DNA of 64,000 nt, taken from positions 62,001 through 126,000 of the forward strand of contig JAANOX010000026.1 of assembly GCA_020184695.1 (NCBI GenBank), in the 5' to 3' direction. The notes under the pieces were generated by a model that did not search any database, was not told the DNA's origin, and saw nothing but the letters and a program-made list of their open reading frames with translations. Position numbers and translations under genes: made by a program. This document shows, piece by piece, positions 1-11,257 of this stretch; the first letter of the stretch is position 1, and every line of letters begins with the position of its first letter. This DNA comes from Histomonas meleagridis 2922-C6/04-290x. Taxonomy: Eukaryota > Protista > Parabasalia.

Positions 1-567
1 GAAATTAATCATGGCACGATACATCGTGACTTAAAATTCGAGTTTTCGGTGGTAAAATCAATCGCTTTTGATGAAATATTTAACGCTATTTGGATTGCTA
101 CAAATAAATTCGGTTATTTCGTATCAATTAATGGTGATACACTTGCTTATATAAAAATAGAAGATAACGTTACAGCAATGGCTGTGATGCCTCTGAGTAT
201 CGAAGAAAATGACAGAAAAGTAATTTGCGGATGTAGTAATGGTTCTTTATTCATCGCTTCTTCAAGGATAGAGAACAAAACAATAGAAATGAAAAGACTT
301 CCAAGTGAACACAAGGCAAAAATTGATCATATTGTTATTAACCAAAATAATAAAAGCTTTATGAGCGTTGACAAAGACGGAATTGCATACATTTGGACTG
401 CGCAAGGAATGAATGCACAAATAGTAAAGCCTAGCTTTTTCGACGGATGCGCAATATGTGGTAATCCACAAATACATAATTGTTGCTCATCTTGTGGAAG
501 AGGTATCTGTGAAAAGTGCATGTTCGGTGGTACATGTTCACTTTGTGCGGCGCTCGTTGTTTGTTGA
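1..567 (+). CDS. 3' end of a WD40-repeat protein with C-terminal Cys-rich zinc-finger-like tail (partial; BEACH/WD40-like architecture possible)
   Basis: Frame is open from base 1 to TGA at 565-567. Beta-propeller-like segments (ICGCSNGSLF, FMSVDKDGIAYIW) followed by CxxC..CCxxCxxxxCxxC..CxxC. Confidence 0.65.
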   Translation, partial: EINHGTIHRDLKFEFSVVKSIAFDEIFNAIWIATNKFGYFVSINGDTLAYIKIEDNVTAMAVMPLSIEENDRKVICGCSNGSLFIASSRIENKTIEMKRLPSEHKAKIDHIVINQNNKSFMSVDKDGIAYIWTAQGMNAQIVKPSFFDGCAICGNPQIHNCCSSCGRGICEKCMFGGTCSLCAALVVC

Positions 568-652
568 GTTTAAGTAAAATTTTAAGTGTGGAAACAAAAT
601 TTTTAATTAAATGGTTTACATGTATTCAAAATGTAAATTACTGAAATTGAGT

Positions 653-1036
653 TCAAAAAGGTGAAATAGCACATTTAGAATAGTCAATTCTGGATAAGAA
701 TTGTTGCCTTTCTCGTGATGCTTTTACTATGTTGATTGTTTCGTCAAGTTGTTTTATAATTTTTTTAAGGTTTTTGGAAGTCTTTTCATTTTCAAGATAT
801 TCTGTTAAAATTTGATTATATTTTTCTTCAAAATCTTCCTTTGATGTACATATGATTCCTTCGTTTTCTTTTTCTATTTGTTTTTTCTCTTCTTCCATTT
901 TTTGAATTGATTCTTTTAATGCCATTAATTTTTTTGTTTTTCTTTCCTTTTTTAATTTTATGTCTATAACCTTTGCATTTAATACTTGGATCTCATTTCT
1001 TAAGATTTTGAGTTCTTCAAATGTTTTTTCGTTCAT
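653..1036 (-). CDS. Small coiled-coil hypothetical protein (127 aa)
   Basis: ATG-initiated ORF with K/E-rich heptads; head-to-head with 1086 ORF (49 bp apart). Confidence 0.65.
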   Translation of the reverse strand: MNEKTFEELKILRNEIQVLNAKVIDIKLKKERKTKKLMALKESIQKMEEEKKQIEKENEGIICTSKEDFEEKYNQILTEYLENEKTSKNLKKIIKQLDETINIVKASRERQQFLSRIDYSKCAISPF

Positions 1037-1085
1037 TTTTCTTATGAACGTTTAAAATTAAAAAAATACGTTTGAGAAATTCCAA

Positions 1086-2723
1086 ATGCAAAAAGAAGAA
1101 ATCAAAAAACAAACTCAAGCATACCCAACTCGTAAACGATTGACTGAAAATGAAGAAAAAAAGAAATTTTCACAAATACAAGATGAACTTGAAAGAATAT
1201 GTGATCAAGGAAATCAAGAACAAGAAGAATTACAAAATAGTATGAGTCAAAAAATGGAAGAACTTAAATCTTCCCATATTAAGAAAATGGAATCTATTCG
1301 TCTACAAAATGATAGTGATGAAAAAGCTTTAAAAGATATTGCGCAAAACATAAGCAGACGTAGAGAATCACTTCAAAGTGAACTTAAACAAATCGAAGAT
1401 TTATTTAATAAGGAAAAAGAACAATTAAAATTAAATCACAATAAAGAAATTATTATTTTAAAAAAAAAACATGAAAAAGAAAAATCAGAGCTTAAAAACA
1501 AATTTAATGATGAAATCGAATTTGAGAAAACAAAACACGAAAAAGAAATTGAAGATATGAAATCAAAATCAGAACTTCAAAAGAAGCAAAAATCCGAAGA
1601 ATTGTCCAAAGAACTTGAAAACATTTCGACGCAAAATGAAGCGGAATTATTAAACATGAAAAATATGCACATTAATAAGCGAAAAGAAATTGAAAAAGAA
1701 TATAAAGCAAAAATTGACAAACTGAATATTGAATTTAAAGAAAGACTCGAAAATAAGAAGAAAATATTACAGAAACAATTCGAAGCAGAAATTAATGGAA
1801 TTAAACAAAAGAATAATGAAATTAAACAAAAGCAAAAAGAAAACTTACAAAAACAATTAGAAAACGAATTAAACGATTTTAAACAAAAACATAAAGAAAA
1901 TTTGCAAAAACAATTTGAAAATGAATTAAATGAAATCAAACAAAAACAAAAAGAAAATATACAAAAACGAAAAGAAAGAATTCAGAAACAGTTTGAAACA
2001 GAAATTAATGAAATCAAACAAAAGAACAAAGAAAATATACAAAAACAAAAGCAAAACTTACAAAAACAATATGAAAAAGAAATAAATGAAATTAAACAAA
2101 AAGAAGAAAACTTAAAACAATATTCAGAAGCACAAAAACAAAAACGAAATTTAACAATTTGTTCTTTATCAAGTTTTTCTATTTCCGATGAACCCAAAGA
2201 AAATTCATTTGATTATATATATAATAACAATAACAATCGTAAATCATCAAATCCAAAATTGGATAAAGTTATTTCCAAAATCGATTTAAGTACAAATGAA
2301 ATCAAATTAACAATTGATAACAACTCAAATAATGTTAAAAATGTAATTGATAATTATCGAACATTTATATATAATCAAAACAAAGAAATTCTTCAAATGA
2401 ATACCGAATTCCAACAAAAAAGTGTTCAAGTTTCGCAATGTTTTCATAATGCTTTAATGGATATCGAAAATTCATTTAGAAATGTAATGAATACAATTTC
2501 GATTCCAAATGTACAGCAGCCGCAGTTTTATCAGCCGCAATTAAATAATCAAATTCCTTTGGTGAAAAAGAAAAAAAGGAAAATTGAAATAATCGAAGAA
2601 CCCGAAAAAATAGAAACTGAATACGAAAGAAAATTAAGAAAATGGAAAAAGGAATCGTCACAAGCTAAGAAAGATATCAAAGATACAAAAGCAAACTTTA
2701 AATTATTGAAAAATGATATTTGA
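1086..2723 (+). CDS. Coiled-coil protein with internal QKQ(F/L/Y)ExE(I/L)NxxKQK repeats (545 aa)
   Basis: Long ORF, K/E/Q-rich, about 6 degenerate repeats at ~1820-2110. Confidence 0.8.
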   Translation: MQKEEIKKQTQAYPTRKRLTENEEKKKFSQIQDELERICDQGNQEQEELQNSMSQKMEELKSSHIKKMESIRLQNDSDEKALKDIAQNISRRRESLQSELKQIEDLFNKEKEQLKLNHNKEIIILKKKHEKEKSELKNKFNDEIEFEKTKHEKEIEDMKSKSELQKKQKSEELSKELENISTQNEAELLNMKNMHINKRKEIEKEYKAKIDKLNIEFKERLENKKKILQKQFEAEINGIKQKNNEIKQKQKENLQKQLENELNDFKQKHKENLQKQFENELNEIKQKQKENIQKRKERIQKQFETEINEIKQKNKENIQKQKQNLQKQYEKEINEIKQKEENLKQYSEAQKQKRNLTICSLSSFSISDEPKENSFDYIYNNNNNRKSSNPKLDKVISKIDLSTNEIKLTIDNNSNNVKNVIDNYRTFIYNQNKEILQMNTEFQQKSVQVSQCFHNALMDIENSFRNVMNTISIPNVQQPQFYQPQLNNQIPLVKKKKRKIEIIEEPEKIETEYERKLRKWKKESSQAKKDIKDTKANFKLLKNDI

Positions 2724-2810
2724 AGTTTTGTGTTCCGTTTGTGTAAATAAATATAAAATAATTTTTAATATCTTTTATTTTGATATAAAATAATGGGAAG
2801 TTACTGGTAA

Positions 2811-3602
2811 TTAATTTAATGAAAAAGATTTTAAAAAAGTACCTGAGATTAGATTAGTTTCAAGCCAAATTAATGATTTCATAAGAATTGGAAATCCTCC
2901 TTTTTTAGAATCAATTGGACATGCATAAAATACAAAATAATAATGAATAATATCGGTTTTGTTTGCTTCAATGAAAGCATTGAAGGCTTCAAGTGATTTT
3001 TTTAATTCTGTTATTTCATCTGGCTCAATCTCCACTTCATCTAGTAAACCATCAATTTTCCCTTTTTATGAATCACTACATTTGGTTTTACCCCAGCAGC
3101 ATCTACTGCTAGAACGATTTTGACATTCTTATAATCATTGTTAATAAAATATTCGAATAACTTTTAAATACTTTGTAAAGAACCATTAAATAGATCCATA
3201 GATAAACCTATACGACAAAAATTCTTCTTATATCCATCTTCTGACTGTTTTGTAACTTGGAAATCCCATTTTTTCGACAAAAAATGTCCACATTGATTTG
3301 CCGATCATTGACATTAATATGTAGTCGCTTCTAATTGATTTGTCATATCTTTTCGAAGACAATAACAAAACATGTTGGTTCATAAAAGGATAATTTTCCA
3401 ACGATTTAATTACATTATTATTGTCCTCTTTTGTTATTTGAATTTGATTTTTGCTGAAGTTCATCTTTATAACTTTTTTCAATTGTTCATTTTTCTTTTG
3501 CAGAGTAGAAATCTTTGCTTTTAGATTGGCCTCAATTGAATTACAGACTGGTGAATTCCTGTTTTGGAATCCTCTTGTACACTGAGGCGAAAAATTACTC
3601 AT
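2811..3602 (-). mobile_element. Decayed DNA-transposon transposase remnant (P-element-like N-terminus)
   Basis: Fragments read RYDKSIRSDYILMSMIGKSMWTFFVEKMGFPSYKTVRRW, then VLAVDAAGVKPNVVIHKKGKIDGL upstream of ORF 2811-3035. Resembles the RY...LPSxxTLxxW and first acidic-residue motifs of P-element-type transposases; interrupted by stops. Confidence 0.45.
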
Positions 3603-4122
3603 AAATGAAATAACGGGTTAAGATTTTGACTACGAAATTTACCTCAAAATGCAACAAAGTAACGTGTTTTCAACAATTTTTCATATATAAATACCTCAAA
3701 ACGTTATGCGGTAAATCCTTAGATATTATGAATTTTTGATAGATAAATATCATATTATAAAGTATTATTTTAAATTTATAAATAGATTTTCAAGACCATT
3801 TTTTTTGTCCCATGTTCTGATGTTACAACCAACTGGCCATATATATAAATTTACAAACTCCGATTTATATAGTTAACTATAAATGAAATTTACAGGGCGC
3901 CCCTTATAACAATTTATGGCAAATTATTGTCAAAATAAGTCAAATCGTTTTGCAGCTTGATCGGTTTTGACTGAAAAAATAAACATTTCACTTATGATTT
4001 CATAATTTTTGCTTGTTGGTACTCACCATCTGATTTCAGAAGTTTTTTAAAAAACAAAAAAACACAAAACTAAAAATGATTTACTTTAGAACACACTATA
4101 TTTTATTATATATTTATCGTAG

Positions 4123-5340
4123 TTACATTTGCACAATAAATTTATCTTCTTTGAAGTCATCTGCAAATGGGTCTTCTTCAATATTTGAGATAGATATTCC
4201 TGTTGTGAATGTGTTTGTTGTTTGGTTATTATCATTTTGTTGTTCTGAAATTTCATTTTCAACAATTTCTTCTTTTTTATTTTTAATTCGTATCAATAAT
4301 ATAATTAGTAATGAAATTATAATAATAACAACAACAATAACACAAACAATTATTATGATAATTGCTGTTTTGTTGTCATTTGTTTGTAAAATGTTCGTGT
4401 GAAACATTGTAATGAAATTTGAATAATAATTATAATATGTCGAATACATAATAACTGTGTAATCATAATAAATAAATTCTGTTTCGATATAAGAAAATGT
4501 TGAATTAATTATGGATAATGAAAGTGATCTTGTTTGCGTTTCAGAATAAGTAAATGAATTTGTAATTGTCAATGTATATGTTAATGTATATGAAAATGAA
4601 AATGTTAAATCACTTTGATATGATCCAGTGAATGTATTACTTCGACTGAATGTGTGTGATGAAGAAAATGAAATTGTTGCAATCGGGCTGCAGTTTCCTT
4701 CTGTGTTGTCTTTGTCAACACCTAAATTTCCAAATTTACTTCCTGCATATGTTGGATATGTGATAACACTTGCTGTAACATTATAAAATGCATTTTCTCC
4801 AATACTTGGTTCTGTATATCCATAATAATAAATGCATTCAAGTGAATTACAATTACCAAATGCTGATTCTCTAATTTCTCTTATTCCAGACCCAAGTGTT
4901 AATATTCTTAAATTAGAACACAATGAAAATGCTCCACCACCAATTGAAGTGACTGAATTTGGAATTGTAATGATGTCGATTGATAAACACAATGAAAATG
5001 CTGAACCACCAATTGTTGTAACATTTCCGCCAAATATAATCCTTTCTAAATTAGAACATGACGAAAACACATAACCACCAATATCTGATATAGAATTACC
5101 AAAATTAACTGAAATAACTAATGGCCATTCTGAAAAATGCACTACTCGGAATCGAATAAATTCCTTCACTAATGTTTATAAATTTCGTGATGTCTTTATA
5201 TTGATCAATTTGTTCAAAATCATTTAAATTTGTTATTATTAATGTTGAATTATTATCATATAATATTTGAAAGGAATTTATGAAAAATATAACAAAAATT
5301 AAAACGTTTTTATGTTTTTTCTTTTCGCATGTTTTCAATT
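4123..5340 (-). pseudogene. BspA-like (TpLRR/LRR_5) surface protein, copy 1, frameshifted near the 5' end
   Basis: Repeats xIGxxAFxxCxxLxxIxIPNSVT, Ser/Thr stalk, TM helix and acidic tail EEDPFADDFKED. Has one extra A (5 vs 4) at ~5132-5136 relative to copy 2, splitting ORFs 5105-5353 and 4123-5169. Confidence 0.8.
4379..5340. repeat. Segmental direct duplication, copy A (962 bp)
   Basis: Matches 8675-9635 base for base by eye, apart from a 1-bp A-run difference. Confidence 0.95.
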
Positions 5341-5349
5341 CGTAATTGG

Positions 5350-5925
5350 TCAAAAAAAATTCTGAAGAAAAAGTGGTTTTTTCTGAAAAATATTGACATA
5401 AACCACTAATATCATTGAAAAAACGGCGGTTAAACGAGCAAAAGCATTGAATTTAAGTGGTCGGTCTTTTTTATCGTTTTGCATCAATGAAAAACAAAGA
5501 AATTTACTCTGGGTCAAAGATAGATTCTCATAATATCTTTTCATGGCTTGCTTTGATGTATTATCTTCAGTCAGCATACTGGCTATAAAGGATTTATTTT
5601 GGGTAATTGTAAAGTATGATTCTGATAATTTTAATTTGTCATTAAATATTTGAAGCACAACTAATGTGTTCTCTGTAACAACCAAGGAATCTGGAAATAA
5701 ACTGGTTTTAAAGAAAATAGAATTCTTGTTAAATATATCAAAATTCTGGTGATGAATTTCAACGAATGGATCTTCTGCACTGCGCCCATGCGCAAGTCCT
5801 TCTTTGCAAAGGCTCTTTTTCATATTTGATATTTTTATAGTCGTAAGGAATGGGCTTTCTGGTATAATACTGTTACTAAATTGCTTTGTAATGGACGAAA
5901 CGAGCAGCAAATGAAGAATTCTCAT
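5350..5925 (-). CDS. Hypothetical protein with N-terminal signal-like and C-terminal hydrophobic segment (possibly truncated at the duplication breakpoint)
   Basis: ATG ORF of 191 aa starting MRILHLLLVSS; stop lies 10 bp from the duplication edge at 5340. Confidence 0.5.
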   Translation of the reverse strand: MRILHLLLVSSITKQFSNSIIPESPFLTTIKISNMKKSLCKEGLAHGRSAEDPFVEIHHQNFDIFNKNSIFFKTSLFPDSLVVTENTLVVLQIFNDKLKLSESYFTITQNKSFIASMLTEDNTSKQAMKRYYENLSLTQSKFLCFSLMQNDKKDRPLKFNAFARLTAVFSMILVVYVNIFQKKPLFLQNFF

Positions 5926-6519
5926 GATTCAAGACCTGATATAGTCGAAGGCCTTAACCAAATACACATCGGCTAATACAAAAGTTAAAAATCATACGGT
6001 TAATATATAAGAAATTTGTTGTTGTTTTTTTTGAGGTTTTTCAATTTAACCTGAAATTTTATTTCAATAATTAAAGGCGCCTACAAAAGGTGGCGCTTTA
6101 AATGATTATAAAGTCACTTTTAAATAATATAATGAATGAACGCGATAAAACTGAGTCTGGTGGTCGTAATGATACATCTTTGTTGGTGGTAAACATGTTA
6201 TAAGTTATTAAATTTCATTAATTTCACGAGATATGAATTTTTAATGACATATTAAACATTTCCTTCAAGATTTATCATATTTTTAAATGAAATATATTAA
6301 TGTATGTGTGTAAGTATTAAGGTCCATATCTAAATACTTCTAAATTAATTGTAATTATATTTCATTGACTTTGTAAAGTTATTCTCTTTAGCTTTTGATG
6401 GAATTTCATAAATTTCGAAATATATTTTTGAATAACCAAAAATTCGACTAATTCTTTAATAATGCTTTTAATATAATAATATGAAGAATGTCAATTAATA
6501 TTATAGAAAACAAAGAGAA

Positions 6520-7080
6520 GAAAAAACACTTCAGCTCATAAAAAGTATTAAATTTTGTGACTGTGTGTGGTTGTGTAAATGAATTAGATCTTGAAAATGT
6601 ATTCGGTTTTGTAAATGAATGTGTTGAAATTGGTGAACACGCACCACAGCATATTCATTATTCACTGGAAATGTCCAAATATTGTTGAATATGTAATAAC
6701 TGATGACAATATACGGCTTTGAATTGCCAAAATAATAAAAGGTTACGTCATTTGGTGTCGCTGGATTCTTTTAGTTATGTTCCAAGTGTTAATATCGTTA
6801 AATTATAACAATTAGAAAACGCTGAATCTCAATGTTTTGAACCGGTTCGGAATTCGGAAGTGTAGCATTTATTAGTGATGGACAAAATGAAAATGCTGAA
6901 TTACGAATTGTTGTAACATTTCCTCCAAAATATGAGCATGATAAAAATACTGAATTTCCGATATGATTTACAGTGTTAGAAAAATGAATATATGTAACTG
7001 ATTTTGCAAATGAATTCATATGAATTACCTATTAAAAGTGTAAAATTACAATCATCGAAAAATATTTGAAAAGAATTCAT
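6520..7080 (-). pseudogene. Degenerate BspA-like gene
   Basis: Fragments MNSFQIFFDD, TVNHIGNSVFLSCSYFGGNVTTIRNSAFSFCPSL and a Ser/Thr stalk (STHSFTKPNTFSRSNSFT) with frameshifts; paralogous to 4123-5340. Confidence 0.7.
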
Positions 7081-8445
7081 GAAAAATAGAGCAACAGCAA
7101 AAGCATTTTTGGCTTTGTTTCCTTTGATTTTCAACCTAAGCCCTGAACTAAAATCGATTTTTTTCCGAAGAAACTATTTGATATAAACCGCTGTTAGATA
7201 ATTGTAAACAATTGAATTTGGATGATTCAAAATATTTTGCACCAATGAAGAAAATAAAAAAACTCCCAATGTAATTATAATATTTATCCAAGGTTTGTAG
7301 AGGAAGGTTACGTTCATCAAATGTAATGATTTTTAAATGATTTTTGAGAAATTGTGAGATCTGATTCTAAAAAGTTTTTGTTTAAATACTAAAACATGGT
7401 TCGACGGAATCGTACATATATTGTCGGATGGGTTTTACATTTAAATTGTAATTAGTGACATCTGTAGAAATAATGCATAAAATTAATAAAAATTATTGTT
7501 AATTATTTCAAAAATTGGAACCTTATCATTGCGTAGATGGTAAATGCCTCTTTATTTCTGTCCTTTATATATAAAAATTTTCTGTATTTGAAAAATGAAT
7601 TTTGAAGCTTCATTTGAGTTCTGAATAATTTCAAGATGTACAAAATGAGCAGGAATTGAATAGCTTTCATGTTTCAATTTGAAATATAGCTGAAGACCTT
7701 AGTCACATTGGTCAATACAAAACTTGAAAATCTCACATTTAAATGATAAAAAGTTTGTTACTTTCTTGAAATTTTTCTATTTGCCTTTAAATCTTTCGCT
7801 TAATGTTTGAAAACAACAATGATAACAAGGGAACAACAAGGTGATAAACGCACTTTTATATAATATTATGAATATACTTTGTGTTATGCGAACATTGCAA
7901 TGAAGCAACTTTTTTGTTTATGAATTTATTTAGAAACTGAATGAGTTTTGTGCGTTGTTCTATATCGCTTTGAAATATAATTCTTCATCTTGATTATATC
8001 AAATAAATGAAGAATCTACTTTCTTGTATATTAAAGTCAAAAATGTTTAAACATTTATGCAAAAAGAAAACATTAAATATTTGTGCAAAATTAATCATAT
8101 GTGTTTCAAGTTGAAATTTCAACAAGCATCTAAAAATATTATCAGCAAATCATAATATTAATATTTATAATTATTGTTATATATAAAAAATTGATGATTA
8201 ACTAATAACCAATGATACCAAAAAGGAGTACTTAAATTGAAATTTCTATTACAAACAATAAATCATTTAGTCGATGAAAAGTGTCCGCTTTAATATAATC
8301 ACATTTTTACCTCAAAACAATATTAATATATATAAACAAATTGTTAATCGATTAACATTTCAAATATTATCATTTCTCATTACGAATCATTTCATATTTA
8401 TATTACGATATATCAAATAAAAAATATATTTTATTTTACATCAAA

Positions 8446-8674
8446 TTATAGCCAATTGTCTTCATCTTCTTTAACAATATCTTCAACTAAAGTATTTACT
8501 TCCTCCATTTGTTTTGTACTTGATGTAGTTGTATCCTTAAATTGTAATTTCGATGTCGATTTTACTTTTTTGTTATTACTTTTTATATTAAGAATATAAC
8601 AATTCCAACAATTATTAACACAAATGCAATTGCCCCGCAAATAATTCCAATCATTGCATTAGTTGTAAGTCCAT
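8446..8674 (-). pseudogene. Orphan TM + cytoplasmic tail of a surface protein (…MIGIICGAIAFVLIIVGIVIFLI… EDEDNWL)
   Basis: TM helix read in the frame adjacent to ORF 8446-8640; broken by a stop/frameshift; abuts duplication copy B. Confidence 0.65.
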
Positions 8675-9642
8675 TTTGTTTGTAAAATGTTCGTGTGAAA
8701 CATTGTAATGAAATTTGAATAATAATTATAATATGTCGAATACATAATAACTGTGTAATCATAATAAATAAATTCTGTTTCGATATAAGAAAATGTTGAA
8801 TTAATTATGGATAATGAAAGTGATCTTGTTTGCGTTTCAGAATAAGTAAATGAATTTGTAATTGTCAATGTATATGTTAATGTATATGAAAATGAAAATG
8901 TTAAATCACTTTGATATGATCCAGTGAATGTATTACTTCGACTGAATGTGTGTGATGAAGAAAATGAAATTGTTGCAATCGGGCTGCAGTTTCCTTCTGT
9001 GTTGTCTTTGTCAACACCTAAATTTCCAAATTTACTTCCTGCATATGTTGGATATGTGATAACACTTGCTGTAACATTATAAAATGCATTTTCTCCAATA
9101 CTTGGTTCTGTATATCCATAATAATAAATGCATTCAAGTGAATTACAATTACCAAATGCTGATTCTCTAATTTCTCTTATTCCAGACCCAAGTGTTAATA
9201 TTCTTAAATTAGAACACAATGAAAATGCTCCACCACCAATTGAAGTGACTGAATTTGGAATTGTAATGATGTCGATTGATAAACACAATGAAAATGCTGA
9301 ACCACCAATTGTTGTAACATTTCCGCCAAATATAATCCTTTCTAAATTAGAACATGACGAAAACACATAACCACCAATATCTGATATAGAATTACCAAAA
9401 TTAACTGAAATAACTAATGGCCATTCTGAAAATGCACTACTCGGAATCGAATAAATTCCTTCACTAATGTTTATAAATTTCGTGATGTCTTTATATTGAT
9501 CAATTTGTTCAAAATCATTTAAATTTGTTATTATTAATGTTGAATTATTATCATATAATATTTGAAAGGAATTTATGAAAAATATAACAAAAATTAAAAC
9601 GTTTTTATGTTTTTTCTTTTCGCATGTTTTCAATTTGTTCAT
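8659..9642 (-). pseudogene. BspA-like surface protein, copy 2, lacking its own TM/tail
   Basis: Same LRR and stalk as copy 1 but ends …LQTKWTYN* right after the breakpoint. Start codon uncertain; nearest in-frame ATG is 9642. Confidence 0.7.
8675..9635. repeat. Segmental direct duplication, copy B (961 bp)
   Basis: Matches 4379-5340; flanks differ on both sides. Confidence 0.95.
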
Positions 9643-11257
9643 TAAAAGTTTAATTTCAAAAAATAATAAAAATCCCAAAATAAAAATGTTATGCATCAGA
9701 ACTTGAATAACTTTAATGAATTTGAACATTTTCTTTATGAAAATATTATTCATTGAAAATGCTAAGTGTTCTTTTAATGTAAAATGATTAAGTACAAAAG
9801 AAAAGAATTTGAAATAATGTTTAACATATGAAATTGGTAATTCTAATAAAGGGAAATGCCAATGATATTTTTCTGCACTGATGTTAAATGTATAGGTTTG
9901 ATTATCCTTTAGAATAATAAAATTTGTTACTTTAATGGATACATTCGCTTTTTTTCGTGGGATGAAGATGTAAAGTATATGTCCTCTTTGGATTTCGAAG
10001 TAAGGCAAGTGTAATGTTTGAAAGTTTGAGGAGTAGATAATTGATCATCAAAAATCTTTAAACCTGAATTTTGTGGAGAGATTTGTAACGAGCAAAAGAA
10101 ATGCATGGGGAAAGCCAAGAAGAAATAACACATTCGTGAGAAAACTTGAGAAACTTATTGATAAATCAGTCAAAAACGATACAGAGAGCTTCAACCGCTT
10201 CGCTTTTTAGTTATTTCATTGGTTAAACTTTTGCTGATGCATGTTTTATAGTTTTTGCGATCGGAAGATGTTCACAAAGCTGAAACTCAATATTTTCTTA
10301 TAAAAAGTGACAGAAGGTTCCATAATTAAATTGTATTAAAATACTGTTAAAAAACAAAAGAAAGAAGAAGACATCGTTCGCAACCAAGAAAACACGATGA
10401 ATAAAAACATACAAAAAGTTTATTTCAATACAATTAACAGATCACACTGAATTTTGAATGCAGCATTTCTCCAAACAACGGTTTGATTTTAACCAATATT
10501 GATCGTTCGAAACCGTAGCACTTTTGAAAAAGTGTGTAATGATTCCAAAAAATATGGCATTTCTTATTTCCTTTGAATTATTTCGTCAATGATTCGCCTC
10601 AGAAATTGAGAGAAACCACCAAAAAACATGATCGTACAGTTATTGAAAAATTGGACTTCGAACTGAATGTAAAGTAAAGAAAATTGAATTATTCATCAAA
10701 AAACCAAATAAGAAATTATAGTTAAAACTTACAAGCTACAATCAACTTCCTGAAATTCCAATGCCCCTTGAAAATCCAGAAGAAAATTGTGTCAGCACAA
10801 AAATATGCACAGAAAACAAAAAAACATTAAATATTTTGTGTTATGTAGCAGTTGCAACCATTTTGATAATACCCTTTAGGGAGAAATTTCATTTTGCATT
10901 AGTTCGTTCTTAACACAGCAAATCTACATTGTGTTTTTATATATAAAAATATATTAAACATATATTGAAGAACAAATAATTTTATTTTGAAATAGAATTG
11001 TAACCTTGTTATTATTTTGGCATTTTTACGATGTCACGCAAAATCTTCAACTGTAGGTAACTATCATATTCAAAATTACTTACATTTTTTACTCAGACAT
11101 TGATATAAAATGAAATTAAAAATCATGATTCCATGGAACATTAATTATGTAATTGAGTTCAAACAAATGCTGATCTAAACTTTTTATGGATGGATACATC
11201 GAATAATTTTGAAATTTTAATATCAGAAATAAACGCTTTCTATACTTTATTCAAACA

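Noticed and set aside
19-36. IHRDLK protein-kinase catalytic-loop motif
   Set aside because: No N, DFG or APE motifs follow; context is WD40-like.
10140-11000. Possible further transposon relic
   Set aside because: Only short protein-like fragments with many stops and no diagnostic motif.
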